From: an uncultured Gammaproteobacteria bacterium
Lineage (GTDB): Bacteria; Patescibacteriota; Microgenomatia; UBA12405; JAHJSD01
Direction: 5' to 3'
Length of the DNA stretch: 64,000 nt
Assembly: GCA_964498425.1 (NCBI GenBank)
Contig: CAZCGQ010000001.1
Location: 5,779-69,778 of the forward strand
Shown: positions 27,623 through 37,601 of the stretch, piece by piece
How the letters are laid out: each line of letters starts with the position of its first letter
Position numbering within the stretch: the stretch's first letter is position 1
Position numbers and translations under genes: made by a program
The notes under the pieces: model-generated
Told to the model about the DNA's origin: nothing
Database searches by the model: none
Seen by the model: only the letters and a program-made list of their open reading frames with translations

Positions 27623-30043
27623 TCATTTCACTGCTTCTGCCAAAACGTCTGACAACTCGTCGGCAAAGACAAACTCTAATTCTTTCTTAACTTCCTTGGG
27701 TACATCCCGTAGATTCTTTTTATTTTTCTTGGGTAAAATAATCTTTTCCAAATCAGCCCGGTGGGCAGCTAAAACCTTTTCCTTAATTCCGCCAACTTCC
27801 AAAACACGGCCTCGAAGTGTAATTTCTCCAGTCATACCAACATTACGCTTAACTTCTTGACCAGTTAAGGCTGATACCAAAGCTGTTGCAATAGCTACTC
27901 CCGCTGACGGGCCGTCCTTAGGAACCGCTCCTTCCGGAACGTGAATGTGAAAATCATATTTTTGGGCAAAATCGGCATCCTTGATTCCCAAATCTTTCCA
28001 ATTACTTCTTACATAAGACAAAGCCGCCTTACAGGATTCCTGCATGACATCGCCTAACTGTCCGGTTAAAGTCAATTCTCCTTTGCCCGGCATCAAGGCA
28101 ACTTCAATGAAAAGGATTTCACCACCAGATTGGGTCCAAGCTAATCCGGTTGATACTCCGCTTTCGTCCTCTTTGCCCTTAATTTGAGGGCTGAACTTCG
28201 GCGGACCAAGCAAGCGATGGGCCGTCCGAATATTCATCTCTGGCTTAATATCCTTATCTTGAGCCAAACGCATCGCTACCTTCCGGCAAAGTTTGGCAAT
28301 AACACGTTCTAAATTTCTCACTCCCGCTTCCCGGGTATATTTCTCAATTAAGTCTTCTATTAGTTCATCCCCAAGAACCAAATCATCCTCAGTTAAACCA
28401 TGGCCCTTCAACTGCCGGGGAAAAAGATATTTCTTGGCAATGTTCAACTTCTCTTCCTCGGTATAACCTGGAAAACGAATTATCTCCAGCCTATCTTGCA
28501 GGGGAGCTGGAATAGTATCCGTTACATTACCGGTAAGAATAAAAAAGACCTTGGATAAATCGTAAGGAATTTCCAAGTAATGATCAGAGAACTCTCTGTT
28601 TTGTTCCGGATCCAAGGCCTCAAGCAAAGCAGCACTCGGGTCTCCGCGAAAATCAGACCCTACCTTGTCAATTTCATCAAGCATGAAGACCGGGTCCTTG
28701 GCTCCAGCGTTCTTAATTCCCTGGATAATTCTTCCCGGCATTGATCCAACATAGGTTCGACGGTGGCCGCGAATTTCTGCTTCGTCGCGAATACCACCAA
28801 GCGAAATCCGAACAAATTTTCGTCCTAATGCCCGAGCAATGGATTTACCAATTGAGGTCTTGCCAACCCCAGGCGGACCAATAAAGCAAATAATATTCGG
28901 CGTTCCGTTTTCTTCTTCCAACTTTTTCCTTGCTTTTTTGTCCTTGGCCACCTGCTGATTCCGTAACTTCATTACCGCTAAATGCTCAAGTATTCGCTCC
29001 TTAACCTTTTTCAAACCGTAATGGTCTTTATTAAGAATATTTTTGGCCTTTTTGATACTGACATCCCCCTCACTCTTTTCCTTCCAAGGCATTTCAATCA
29101 GAGTTTCTACATACGACCGAATGTAACTTGCTCCCGGAGCATAAGGTGACATTTTAGCCAAACTATCCAACTCTTTGTTTGCTTTCTTTGCAACCTCCTT
29201 TGGCATTTTTGCCTTTTTGACCTTGGTTCTTAATTCCTGAATTTCATCACGATCGCCGGAATCCACTCCCATTTTTTCCAGCTCCCGGTCAATTGCCTTC
29301 TTCCTTTCTTCCAAAACAGATTGCTTCATCTTTTGTTCAAATTTATCTTTGGTTTTCTTTTCAATTGACTGATCAAGCTTAAGAACCTTAATTTCGTGTG
29401 ATAACTGCTCACTAACCTTTTTAATTCGGCCATCCAAGCTTTCTGTTTCCAATAAATTTTGTTTATCAGCCACAGAAGCACCTAAAGCAAATGAAATTTG
29501 GTCAGTTAATTGCACTAAGTTTACTTTTTCACCGGCACTCAACTTTTGGAGGACTTCCGGATCAAAACCCTTGCCTAAGTTGAAAGCCTTCCGGACTAGA
29601 TTCAACATGTGGTCAACAACGACCTTAACTTCCTGTTTATTTTCAATCTTGGTTGGAAACGCTGAAGTTCTAACCTTCAAAAATGAGTCGTCATCTAGAT
29701 ATTCCTCTAACCTAACCCGGGCAATTCCGGTGAAAGAAGCGTGAACGGTCCCGTCCACCCGAACAACGTGTTCAACCCGGCAAACAACCCCAACCGGATA
29801 AATATCTTCTGGGCCAGGCTTATCAATGCCGGATTCTTTTTGAGCAGCTACAACAACTAAACTTTCCTCCTCATCCTTATCAAAGGCATGCATTAAAGCA
29901 TTGACAGACTTTGTCCGCCCAAAGATTACCGGAAACTCAATTCCCGGAAAAGGAACCATGTTCCTAACTGGAATAAGGGGAAGAACTTCATCATCCACCT
30001 TGTCAATCTTTTTTTGGTCTCTGTTTGGTAGTAATACTGCCAT
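27623..30043 (-). CDS. lon: ATP-dependent protease Lon
   Basis: 806 aa. Lon N-domain, AAA+ Walker A GPPGVGKTS, C-terminal S16 protease domain with PKDGPSAG. Confidence 0.95.
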   Translation of the reverse strand: MAVLLPNRDQKKIDKVDDEVLPLIPVRNMVPFPGIEFPVIFGRTKSVNALMHAFDKDEEESLVVVAAQKESGIDKPGPEDIYPVGVVCRVEHVVRVDGTVHASFTGIARVRLEEYLDDDSFLKVRTSAFPTKIENKQEVKVVVDHMLNLVRKAFNLGKGFDPEVLQKLSAGEKVNLVQLTDQISFALGASVADKQNLLETESLDGRIKKVSEQLSHEIKVLKLDQSIEKKTKDKFEQKMKQSVLEERKKAIDRELEKMGVDSGDRDEIQELRTKVKKAKMPKEVAKKANKELDSLAKMSPYAPGASYIRSYVETLIEMPWKEKSEGDVSIKKAKNILNKDHYGLKKVKERILEHLAVMKLRNQQVAKDKKARKKLEEENGTPNIICFIGPPGVGKTSIGKSIARALGRKFVRISLGGIRDEAEIRGHRRTYVGSMPGRIIQGIKNAGAKDPVFMLDEIDKVGSDFRGDPSAALLEALDPEQNREFSDHYLEIPYDLSKVFFILTGNVTDTIPAPLQDRLEIIRFPGYTEEEKLNIAKKYLFPRQLKGHGLTEDDLVLGDELIEDLIEKYTREAGVRNLERVIAKLCRKVAMRLAQDKDIKPEMNIRTAHRLLGPPKFSPQIKGKEDESGVSTGLAWTQSGGEILFIEVALMPGKGELTLTGQLGDVMQESCKAALSYVRSNWKDLGIKDADFAQKYDFHIHVPEGAVPKDGPSAGVAIATALVSALTGQEVKRNVGMTGEITLRGRVLEVGGIKEKVLAAHRADLEKIILPKKNKKNLRDVPKEVKKELEFVFADELSDVLAEAVK

Positions 30044-30224
30044 CTCGTTAGCAGTCTAACAAATAATTTGCTAATTGTAAAGTGACTAATGTCATCCTGA
30101 GCGTAACCCAAACCCCATGTGGTCTGCGGTAAGTCGAAGGAACCCCAAAAAGGATTCCTCAACTACGGCAAGTTAAAAATTGCCTACGTTCGGAATGACA
30201 GCTTAAGTACGATATAATAATAAC

Positions 30225-31082
30225 ATGAAAACAGGTATGGTAGCCGTCATTGGTCGACCGAACGCAGGCAAATCAACCTTAATCAACGCCCTGGTCGGCC
30301 AAAAGATATCAATTGTAACCAACAAACCACAAACAACTAGGAAAATCACTCAGGGGGTTTATTGGGATGAGCGCGGCCAGGTTATTTATATGGATACTCC
30401 CGGCGTCTTTGCCAAAATCAAAGGCCCCGTAAGCAATAAGATTAATACCGCCGCTGAAGAACACTCATCAAACGCCGATGTAATTCTCTATTTGGTTGAC
30501 CACACCCGCTACCGCGGTGACGAAGAAAATAAAGTTCTCGGCATTGTCAGGCAAATAAATAAACCCAAAATCCTCGTTCTTAACAAAACCGACATCAAAG
30601 ACCCCGATTACACTTACGAATACAAATTTCTTGAGGATGAATTCGATGAATGGATTGAAATCTCGGCCTTAAAAAAACATAATCTTGACCAGCTCCAAGA
30701 TTTAATTTTTAACTATCTGCCGGAAGGCGAGCCCTTATTTAATCCCGATAATTATCAAGCCTTTCCAGCTATCAACATCACTCCCAAAGACTTTATCAGC
30801 GAAATTATCAGGGAAAAAGCCTTTATGACCCTTTACCAAGAAGTGCCCTACCGCCTGGGCGTTGTTGTTCATCAACTAGAAGAAAAAAAAGATATTTACT
30901 ATATTAAAGCAGAAATTTTAACAACTTCTGACCACTACGTCCCAATAATCATCGGTAAAGACGGCCAAACAATTAAAAAAATCGGCAGTCTAGCCCGAAA
31001 AGAGCTGGAGTTAATCACCAACAAAAAGGTTTACCTGGATCTAGACGTCACTGACAACCCCCACTGGGTCCAACGCCTTTAG
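30225..31082 (+). CDS. era: GTPase Era
   Basis: 285 aa. G1 GRPNAGKST, G3 DTPG, G4 NKTD, C-terminal KH domain. TATAAT at about 30213 upstream. Confidence 0.95.
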   Translation: MKTGMVAVIGRPNAGKSTLINALVGQKISIVTNKPQTTRKITQGVYWDERGQVIYMDTPGVFAKIKGPVSNKINTAAEEHSSNADVILYLVDHTRYRGDEENKVLGIVRQINKPKILVLNKTDIKDPDYTYEYKFLEDEFDEWIEISALKKHNLDQLQDLIFNYLPEGEPLFNPDNYQAFPAINITPKDFISEIIREKAFMTLYQEVPYRLGVVVHQLEEKKDIYYIKAEILTTSDHYVPIIIGKDGQTIKKIGSLARKELELITNKKVYLDLDVTDNPHWVQRL

Positions 31083-31136
31083 GCCAAACAAACTATTGAC
31101 AAACGGTGGGTGATTTTTATAATAATAGTGTTGAAA

Positions 31137-31832
31137 ATGGTAACTGTAAGTAACCTACATAAACATTTTGGCAAAGTTAAAGCTGTTGATGGAATCGACT
31201 TTGAAGTCAACAAGGGGGAAATCGTTGGTTTTCTCGGTCCCAACGGGGCCGGAAAAACAACGACAATGAGATTAATAACCAGCTTTCTTACCCCAACTAA
31301 GGGGAAAATAACCGTCAACGGCAAAGCCCCCAAAAAAGCCCGGGCAATCATCGGCTACCTACCTGAAGAAAATCCTCTTTACTCGAAAATGACACCTGTT
31401 GAATATTTATACTTTATCGGAAAAATGCACAAAATGTCTGCCAAAGACCTTGATAAGCAGTCAGCCTTTGTGACTGCTAAATGTGGTTTAGGGGAGGTAA
31501 TCAACCGGCCAATTGAAACACTTTCCCGAGGTTATCGGCAAAGAGTAGGGCTAGCCGCAACTCTAATCCATAATCCTCAAGTCCTAGTTATGGACGAACC
31601 AACTTCAGGTCTCGACCCAAACCAGCAGGATGAGATTAAAAAGTTGATTAAACAACTAGCTAAAGACAAAGCCGTCCTCTTCTCTACCCATATTCTTTCA
31701 GAAGCAGAATCAATTTGTCAGCGAGGCTTAATCATCCACCGAGGTAAAATTGTAGCTAAAGCAGACATCAAAAAAATGAAAAAGGGGGAATTAGAAAAAC
31801 TGTTTAAACAAAAAACTAAAGATGAAAAATAA
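31137..31832 (+). CDS. ABC-2-type transporter ATP-binding protein (GldA-like)
   Basis: Walker A GPNGAGKTT, signature LSRGYRQRV, Walker B VLVMDEPT. Likely start MVTVSNLHK at 31137. Confidence 0.85.
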   Translation: MVTVSNLHKHFGKVKAVDGIDFEVNKGEIVGFLGPNGAGKTTTMRLITSFLTPTKGKITVNGKAPKKARAIIGYLPEENPLYSKMTPVEYLYFIGKMHKMSAKDLDKQSAFVTAKCGLGEVINRPIETLSRGYRQRVGLAATLIHNPQVLVMDEPTSGLDPNQQDEIKKLIKQLAKDKAVLFSTHILSEAESICQRGLIIHRGKIVAKADIKKMKKGELEKLFKQKTKDEK

Positions 31833-32553
31833 GAATACCAGCAACTTTATTGTTTTACTTGCTAAGGAAATTTATTTAAATTACTTGGTATCTCCACTTG
31901 GCTATCTTTTTGCCGGTTTATTTTCAATTATCAATCTCTGGCTCTTTTTTCAAAATTTCTTCTTAATTAACCAGGCCAGTCTAATCCCACTTTTTGACTT
32001 AATGCCCTTTCTTCTACTTTTTTTCATTCCAGCCATAACAATGAACCTTTTCGCCGATGAAAAGAAAACTCGCACCTGGGAGATACTTCTAACTCTACCG
32101 ACAACAGAACTGCAGATTGTCCTTGCCAAATTCTTGTCCAGTTTTACCTTCGCTCTTTTCGGCTTAATCCTAACTTCCCCAGCCGCGATTTTAGTCTGCC
32201 TTCTTGGTAAACCAGACTTTGGCATTATTCTCTCCGGCTATCTCGGAGCTGTTTTAATTGCCGCCGCTTACTTATCGGTCGGCTTATTCATTTCCAGCTT
32301 GACCAATAATCAAATTGTTGCCTTCATTACCACCATCTTTATTCTTCTTCTTAATTTTTTCAGCGGCCAGCAATTTATTCTTCAACGACTACCGGAATTT
32401 TTAACAACAGTTATTTCTCGACTAAGTATGAGCTATCACTTCCAATTTTTAATCAGAGGACAACTACCTTTAGCCAGCTTGATTTTTTATTTTTCCTGGC
32501 TGGCAATCTTTATTTGGTTAACCGTTATTTCCCTAAAAAGCCGTGATTATTAA
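31822..32553 (+). CDS. ABC-2-family permease (GldF-like)
   Basis: 243 aa with 6 TM helices. Overlaps the upstream ATPase gene. Confidence 0.65.
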   Translation: MKNKNTSNFIVLLAKEIYLNYLVSPLGYLFAGLFSIINLWLFFQNFFLINQASLIPLFDLMPFLLLFFIPAITMNLFADEKKTRTWEILLTLPTTELQIVLAKFLSSFTFALFGLILTSPAAILVCLLGKPDFGIILSGYLGAVLIAAAYLSVGLFISSLTNNQIVAFITTIFILLLNFFSGQQFILQRLPEFLTTVISRLSMSYHFQFLIRGQLPLASLIFYFSWLAIFIWLTVISLKSRDY

Positions 32554-34048
32554 ACAATTGAAAAAATTCCGCCATACCAAGCTTTGGGCAACTTCCCTCA
32601 ATGTTATCCTGGGCTTAATTGTTCTTAACTTAATTATTCAATTCTTTCCAATCAGTCTTGACCTCTCTGCTAATAAGATTCATTCCCTCTCCCCGGCAAC
32701 AAAGAACGTCCTTAATCAAACTGACGATTTAGTTACTATCAAAGCCTACATTTCTAATAACCTTCCCCCCCAACTTCTACCACTAAGACAAACCGTTATT
32801 TCAACTTTAAACGAATATGACCAACACGGGGGAACCAAAGTAAAGGTCATTATCAAAGACCCACAAAAAAGCTCAGAGGCGGAAAGCGAAGTCCAGTCCT
32901 TGGGTATCCCGCCAATGCAGTTTTCCTCAGTAAAAAGTGACCAATACCAGGTTGTTAAAGGTTATTTTGGACTCGGTGTTTTTTATGCCGGTAAGAAAGA
33001 AATCATCCCGGCCCTTCAAAACATCAACAATCTCGAATACCGGTTAACTGCAGCCATTAATAATCTCACCAAGGACGAACTTACTCAGATTGGGATTACC
33101 TCCGGTTCTGGTGAAATTGAGCTGGCTCAACTGCCAGCCCTGCGTCAAGCCCTTTCGGTTAATTACAACCTTCAGCCAATTGATTTAACTGGAGAAGAAA
33201 CCGATTTATCAAATCTAGAAACTCTTTTAGTAATCGGGCCAAATGAGATCAGTGAGGATATCCAGAAAAAGCTTGACGACTATCTAATGTCCGGTAAGGG
33301 CCTGATCTTCCTCCTTGACAAAGTCGCGGTCGGCCCAAACTTATTTGGCGAAAAGATCAGTTTAAACCTTGACGACTGGCTGAAACATTACGGTCTGGAA
33401 GTAGAAGATAAATTAATTGTTGATGCTTCTTCAGCAATCGCCAATTTTCAAACTCAACAAGGAAGGTTTATTACGCCTTACCCTTTCTGGGTCAAAACCA
33501 GAAGCGAAAATGCCAACAAGGAGATACCGGTCACCGCCAGTCTAGAAGAAGTGATCTTTCCTTGGGCTTCACCGGTTAAACTGTCCAAAGACGCAGAATT
33601 CTTATGGAAAACAACCAATTCCGCCAAATCAACTGATCAAATAAACAACCTTGGGCCACAACAAACCTGGAACTTTCAAACAAACACCGAGCAGTTAGTC
33701 TTGGCTGGAATCCAAAAAGGAGAGCTGGCCTCATATTTTGATGACAATAAAACCAGTGAAATAAAACTTGCTGTTGTTGGCGACGCCGACTTTGTTTCTA
33801 ATCAAAACGCGGCAACTAGCCCAGAAAATATTAATTTCATCTCCAACTTAGTTGATTATCTCACCCAAGATAACAATCTCATTGATATCCGCAGTAAGCA
33901 AATTGCCTCTCGTCCCTTGGAAAACATTGATGAAACCCAAAAACAAACCTACAAATATGTCAGTTTGGCAGCCGGACCAGTATTACTTGTTTTACTTGCC
34001 GGGTTAATCCGCTGGCAAAGAAAGAAATTCAATGAAAAAGTTATTTAA
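32543..34048 (+). CDS. GldG-like auxiliary component of an ABC-2 transport system
   Basis: 501 aa. N- and C-terminal TM helices bracket a large extracytoplasmic domain. The ATPase-permease-GldG gene order is typical of COG3225 systems. Confidence 0.5.
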   Translation: MIIKQLKKFRHTKLWATSLNVILGLIVLNLIIQFFPISLDLSANKIHSLSPATKNVLNQTDDLVTIKAYISNNLPPQLLPLRQTVISTLNEYDQHGGTKVKVIIKDPQKSSEAESEVQSLGIPPMQFSSVKSDQYQVVKGYFGLGVFYAGKKEIIPALQNINNLEYRLTAAINNLTKDELTQIGITSGSGEIELAQLPALRQALSVNYNLQPIDLTGEETDLSNLETLLVIGPNEISEDIQKKLDDYLMSGKGLIFLLDKVAVGPNLFGEKISLNLDDWLKHYGLEVEDKLIVDASSAIANFQTQQGRFITPYPFWVKTRSENANKEIPVTASLEEVIFPWASPVKLSKDAEFLWKTTNSAKSTDQINNLGPQQTWNFQTNTEQLVLAGIQKGELASYFDDNKTSEIKLAVVGDADFVSNQNAATSPENINFISNLVDYLTQDNNLIDIRSKQIASRPLENIDETQKQTYKYVSLAAGPVLLVLLAGLIRWQRKKFNEKVI

Positions 34049-34598
34049 AGACCCACTGCTAATCAGCTCGATCAGTCTAATTATTCTTATCGGCATCTTT
34101 TGCTATCTAAAATTTCAGCCGGAAATAATTCCTCAAAATGAAATAAGCCCATCTATTTCTCCCCAGGAAATTACTAAAATTGAAATTGAAGACGATCAAA
34201 AAATAACCCTGGTTAAAAGTAATGACCAATGGGAAATTAAATCCGAAAACAATCTTGAGGCAGATCAAAATAAAGTAACCGAGTTGCTGGAGACACTAGA
34301 CCAATTGGCAATTAGTGAAACTGTTTCCCAAAATCCAGACAATTTTGACACCTACAATCTTAATCAGGAAAAAGCAATAAAGGTAAAGCTGTTCCAAGAA
34401 GAAGAACAGGTGTTTGAAGTTTGGGTTGGCAGTGCCGGTCCAGCCTTCAACAAATCTCATTTCCGCTTCCCCGACGAAGATAAGGTCTACCTTTCAACAA
34501 CCAGTTTAAGAAGCAAGGTTATTCAAACAAGTTGGGCTAAGCCGACTCCGACTCCAAGTGATCAAGAAAAAAGTCCAACCACGCCGGCTTCTGATTAA
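34032..34598 (+). CDS. DUF4340-like membrane-anchored protein (follows the GldG-like gene)
   Basis: 188 aa with an N-terminal TM. Position and size are typical of the gene that follows gldG-like genes. Weak call. Confidence 0.3.
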   Translation: MKKLFKDPLLISSISLIILIGIFCYLKFQPEIIPQNEISPSISPQEITKIEIEDDQKITLVKSNDQWEIKSENNLEADQNKVTELLETLDQLAISETVSQNPDNFDTYNLNQEKAIKVKLFQEEEQVFEVWVGSAGPAFNKSHFRFPDEDKVYLSTTSLRSKVIQTSWAKPTPTPSDQEKSPTTPASD

Positions 34599-35793
34599 CC
34601 TTAATCCTCTCCGAAAAAATATAGCCGTTGGACTCCATTGTTCCCTCCGACTGCATTGAATCTAAAGGAACAACATTTATTTCGTACCCTCCATTGTTAA
34701 CCCAGATCATTGTTCCGTATCCCATCCCCGGCCGAAGAACAACCTTTTCTTCACCAAACCATGAAGCTAAATCTCCCGCTTGGTCAGTTGTCAGACTTTG
34801 ACATACCTGATCAATTTTTTCATTATCAAAGTCAACTCCAAACTTTCTTCCCAACCGTTGAAGCTCTTTATTAACCAAATCCTTGACAACACCAAGATCT
34901 CTTTCGTAACCCAAAAGAATTAAATCCTCCAATTCCTTTTGCATTTCTTTCAAGTCCATTGTTCTAGCAAAATCCGATAACTTATCCAGAAATTGTTCAC
35001 TGTCCTGATAGAATGAGTAAATCAAACTTAATTGAACCTGATACATCAACTCATCCAATCTGCCAATAATTGCAATCAGCTCTTCTATCTCACCCTCAAA
35101 GTTAAATCTAATCCCCCGATCAGTTTCCTCATACTTACTCTCGCCTTTGAAAACAAACTCTCTCATTCCCTCTTGGTTAAAAATCAATTTCAAGAGTAAA
35201 TGGCTGAACTCTGCCGGATAAACCAAAACTGCTTCCTTTTCATCTAATTTTTTCGTTTCTAAATCTTGAGGAATCCCTAAAAAATGTAAATGAAAGGTCC
35301 GAACCGACTGACCGCCGGCAAAATATTTCCCTTCCTCATTCTTAATAAAGGCAAAGGGGGTAGCGTTAATAGCCAAACCTAATTTGGCATTTTCATACTT
35401 TTGCTCCTGGCTAAATAAATCCTGATAAATATCAACCAAAAGCTTTACTCCTTTTTGAAAATCCTTACGTTCATTAAAATCAATAAACTGCAGTGACGGA
35501 GCAAAGTTTTTTCCTAAATACCACATTTGCAAATGCGGATAATCCGGAGGTAAATAACTTCTTTTAGGAAAAAGCAGTCCCCAATAAGGCATTTCTACTT
35601 CTTCGTCAGGCTTACCAATAAAAACCTGATTGTTTTTGAAGTAAGCAATAAAGTCCGGGGAAAGCTTTTGGCGAGTATAATCCGGGATTAAAGAAGACCA
35701 GGGGTCCAGAAAACCGCCCTTACCTTTTTTTTCTTTCTCATTTTTATCCTCGAGAAGTGTGCCCTGAAGTACCTGAGCAGAATACTTACTCAC
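34537..35793 (-). CDS. hypothetical protein with HIT-like FHLHF motif
   Basis: 418 aa. SVRTFHLHFLGIP resembles the HxHxQ-type nucleotide-binding motif of GalT/Apa-like HIT enzymes. No confident family call. Confidence 0.3.
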   Translation of the reverse strand: MSKYSAQVLQGTLLEDKNEKEKKGKGGFLDPWSSLIPDYTRQKLSPDFIAYFKNNQVFIGKPDEEVEMPYWGLLFPKRSYLPPDYPHLQMWYLGKNFAPSLQFIDFNERKDFQKGVKLLVDIYQDLFSQEQKYENAKLGLAINATPFAFIKNEEGKYFAGGQSVRTFHLHFLGIPQDLETKKLDEKEAVLVYPAEFSHLLLKLIFNQEGMREFVFKGESKYEETDRGIRFNFEGEIEELIAIIGRLDELMYQVQLSLIYSFYQDSEQFLDKLSDFARTMDLKEMQKELEDLILLGYERDLGVVKDLVNKELQRLGRKFGVDFDNEKIDQVCQSLTTDQAGDLASWFGEEKVVLRPGMGYGTMIWVNNGGYEINVVPLDSMQSEGTMESNGYIFSERIKVNQKPAWLDFFLDHLESESA

Positions 35794-36382
35794 GGCTGTA
35801 CCGACCCATTACCCCTGCTTTGCTGATAATGTGGCCTTCCATCGATTCCTCCAATTGTGTTCGATCAGCCGATGAAGCTAACTCTAACTCTTTATCCAAG
35901 GCGTACAGTCTAAACATATATCGATGTTCACCGGACGGCGGACAAGGGCCAGAATAGCCAAATTCACCAAAGTCATTCATCCCAACGTTGGCCCCGCGCG
36001 GAACTGACCTCAAACCAATCGAATCAATCGTCGGCGGAATGTTCCAAACCAACCAGTGGTCCCAAACCTCACCGACTGCGTCCGGGTCGTCAAAAATTAA
36101 AACCAAGCTTTTCGTCCCAAGCGGAACATTATTAATTTCCAGCCGGGGATTGATATCACTGCCGTCACAAGTATATTGTTCAGGAATATCCTCCCCATTT
36201 TCAAAAGCTGTGCTGGAAATAGTCATTTTGATTTCCTTCCCGGTAAGAAGCTCTCTCTGGTGGTTAAATTCCGACTTTCGAACATGGCTCATCTTTTCAA
36301 TTTTGCCGCCAAAAGCCTTTATGCCAAGAAAAACAACAACGCCAAATGCCGCCAGCAGGATCATTGTAATTTTTGATGACAT
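35786..36382 (-). CDS. YbhB/YbcL-family phosphatidylethanolamine-binding protein (PEBP)
   Basis: 198 aa. N-terminal TM. LVLIFDDPDA...WDHWLVWNIP...GPCPPSGEHRYMFRLYALD is a PEBP signature. Confidence 0.8.
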   Translation of the reverse strand: MSSKITMILLAAFGVVVFLGIKAFGGKIEKMSHVRKSEFNHQRELLTGKEIKMTISSTAFENGEDIPEQYTCDGSDINPRLEINNVPLGTKSLVLIFDDPDAVGEVWDHWLVWNIPPTIDSIGLRSVPRGANVGMNDFGEFGYSGPCPPSGEHRYMFRLYALDKELELASSADRTQLEESMEGHIISKAGVMGRYSRE

Positions 36383-36425
36383 TAAGGTCAGTATACCAGA
36401 AGATTTTTTAGGATGTCAAAAAGAA

Positions 36426-36761
36426 CTATTTTAGGCTGAAAAGAACAGAACTGATTATTGACAAAATAATACTAAAGAGTAAACCCGATAAAAAGGAATT
36501 AACCGTAAACTGTGGAATTAAATTATCAACTATTAAAATCAACAAACCGTTAATAACCAGAAGAAATAAACCAAAGGTTAAAATATTTATCGGCAAAGTA
36601 AGAAAAACTAAAATCGGTTTAACTAAGGTATTCAATACCGCCAAAGAAATTGCCACTAAAACCGCCGTCATAAAGTCCTCAACATTAACCCCCGGAACAA
36701 CATACGAAGACAAAATTACCGCAAAACTACGAATAACCAGTTTAATCAATAACTTAACCAT
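36426..36761 (-). CDS. YvlD/DUF360 (Phage_holin_4_2) family membrane protein
   Basis: 111 aa. VPGVNVEDF...VLNTLVKPILVFLTLPINILTFGLFLLVINGLLI closely matches the YvlD family. Confidence 0.65.
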   Translation of the reverse strand: MVKLLIKLVIRSFAVILSSYVVPGVNVEDFMTAVLVAISLAVLNTLVKPILVFLTLPINILTFGLFLLVINGLLILIVDNLIPQFTVNSFLSGLLFSIILSIISSVLFSLK

Positions 36762-36822
36762 AATCTAATCATAACATATTGTTTATTAACACGTAACCCG
36801 ATAACCCGTAACCAATAAACTC

Positions 36823-37587
36823 TTAGATTTCTAGCTCCAACAAAATCGGGCAGTGGTCGGAACCAAAGACGTCTTTCATAAGTTCTGACTTTGAAATTTG
36901 GGGAATTAAATTTTCAGAAGCCAAAAAGTAGTCAAACCGCCAGCCGTGATTCTTGGTTCGGTCTTTGTCATCAAAACTCCACCAGGTGTAATGGCCGCTT
37001 TCTTTTTCAAACAGCCGAAAAGTATCAACCAGACCAACTTCTAACAGCTGATCAAATAAATCCCGCTCAACCGGCAAAAAGCCAGAGCTATTTTTGGCTG
37101 TCTCCGGCCGATAAGTATCCTTTTCAGTGTGGCCAACATTCATATCTGCCCCAACAATAATCTTTTTCCCTTGGCTGATCAATCTCTCTACTAATTCTTT
37201 CATCCCTGACAAAAAATCAAATTTGTACTGCAACCGCCGATTACTGGAATTACCGTTTGGAACATAAAAATTAAGTAAACTTATTTCATCCAAGTCCAAT
37301 CGCATTCCCCGTCCTTCTTCCCCTAAAACCGATTCGACAAATTCAGTGTTTATTTGACCATCCAAATCATTGCGATAATAAACAGCTGTCCCACTATACC
37401 CCGGTCTTTCTGCTGGGTTGAACTCAACCTGATAACCGTCAACCATTTTTAGAAAAAAGCTCAAATCGTTAGGGTGAGCCCGAAGCTCCTGAAGCAGTAA
37501 GACCTCTGGCCGATATTCGTCAAGAAAGGCGATTAATTCCTTCTCTGCCGACCGGATACCGTTAACATTCCAGGAAACAATCTTCAT
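36823..37587 (-). CDS. xth: exodeoxyribonuclease III
   Basis: MKIVSWNVNGIRS start at 37587. C-terminal SDHCPILLELEI. The ORF track extends it upstream to 37638. Confidence 0.9.
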   Translation of the reverse strand: MKIVSWNVNGIRSAEKELIAFLDEYRPEVLLLQELRAHPNDLSFFLKMVDGYQVEFNPAERPGYSGTAVYYRNDLDGQINTEFVESVLGEEGRGMRLDLDEISLLNFYVPNGNSSNRRLQYKFDFLSGMKELVERLISQGKKIIVGADMNVGHTEKDTYRPETAKNSSGFLPVERDLFDQLLEVGLVDTFRLFEKESGHYTWWSFDDKDRTKNHGWRFDYFLASENLIPQISKSELMKDVFGSDHCPILLELEI

Positions 37588-37601
37588 GCCTAATTCTAAC
37601 A

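Noticed and set aside
30099-30210. Imperfect inverted repeat TGTCATCCTGAGCG ... CGTTCGGAATGACA in the lon-era divergent intergenic region, as a possible heat-shock operator (CIRCE/HAIR/CtsR-like)
   Set aside because: It does not match the CIRCE, HAIR or CtsR consensus. The arms are imperfect and about 85 nt apart. Ordinary promoters for lon (TTTACA-17-TAGACT on the minus strand) and era (TATAAT at about 30213) explain the region.
36426-36761. Prophage, suggested by the 'phage holin'-family ORF
   Set aside because: The PF04020/YvlD family is widespread in chromosomes. There are no capsid, terminase, integrase or lysin genes nearby, and the neighbours are housekeeping (xth, PEBP, sigma factor).
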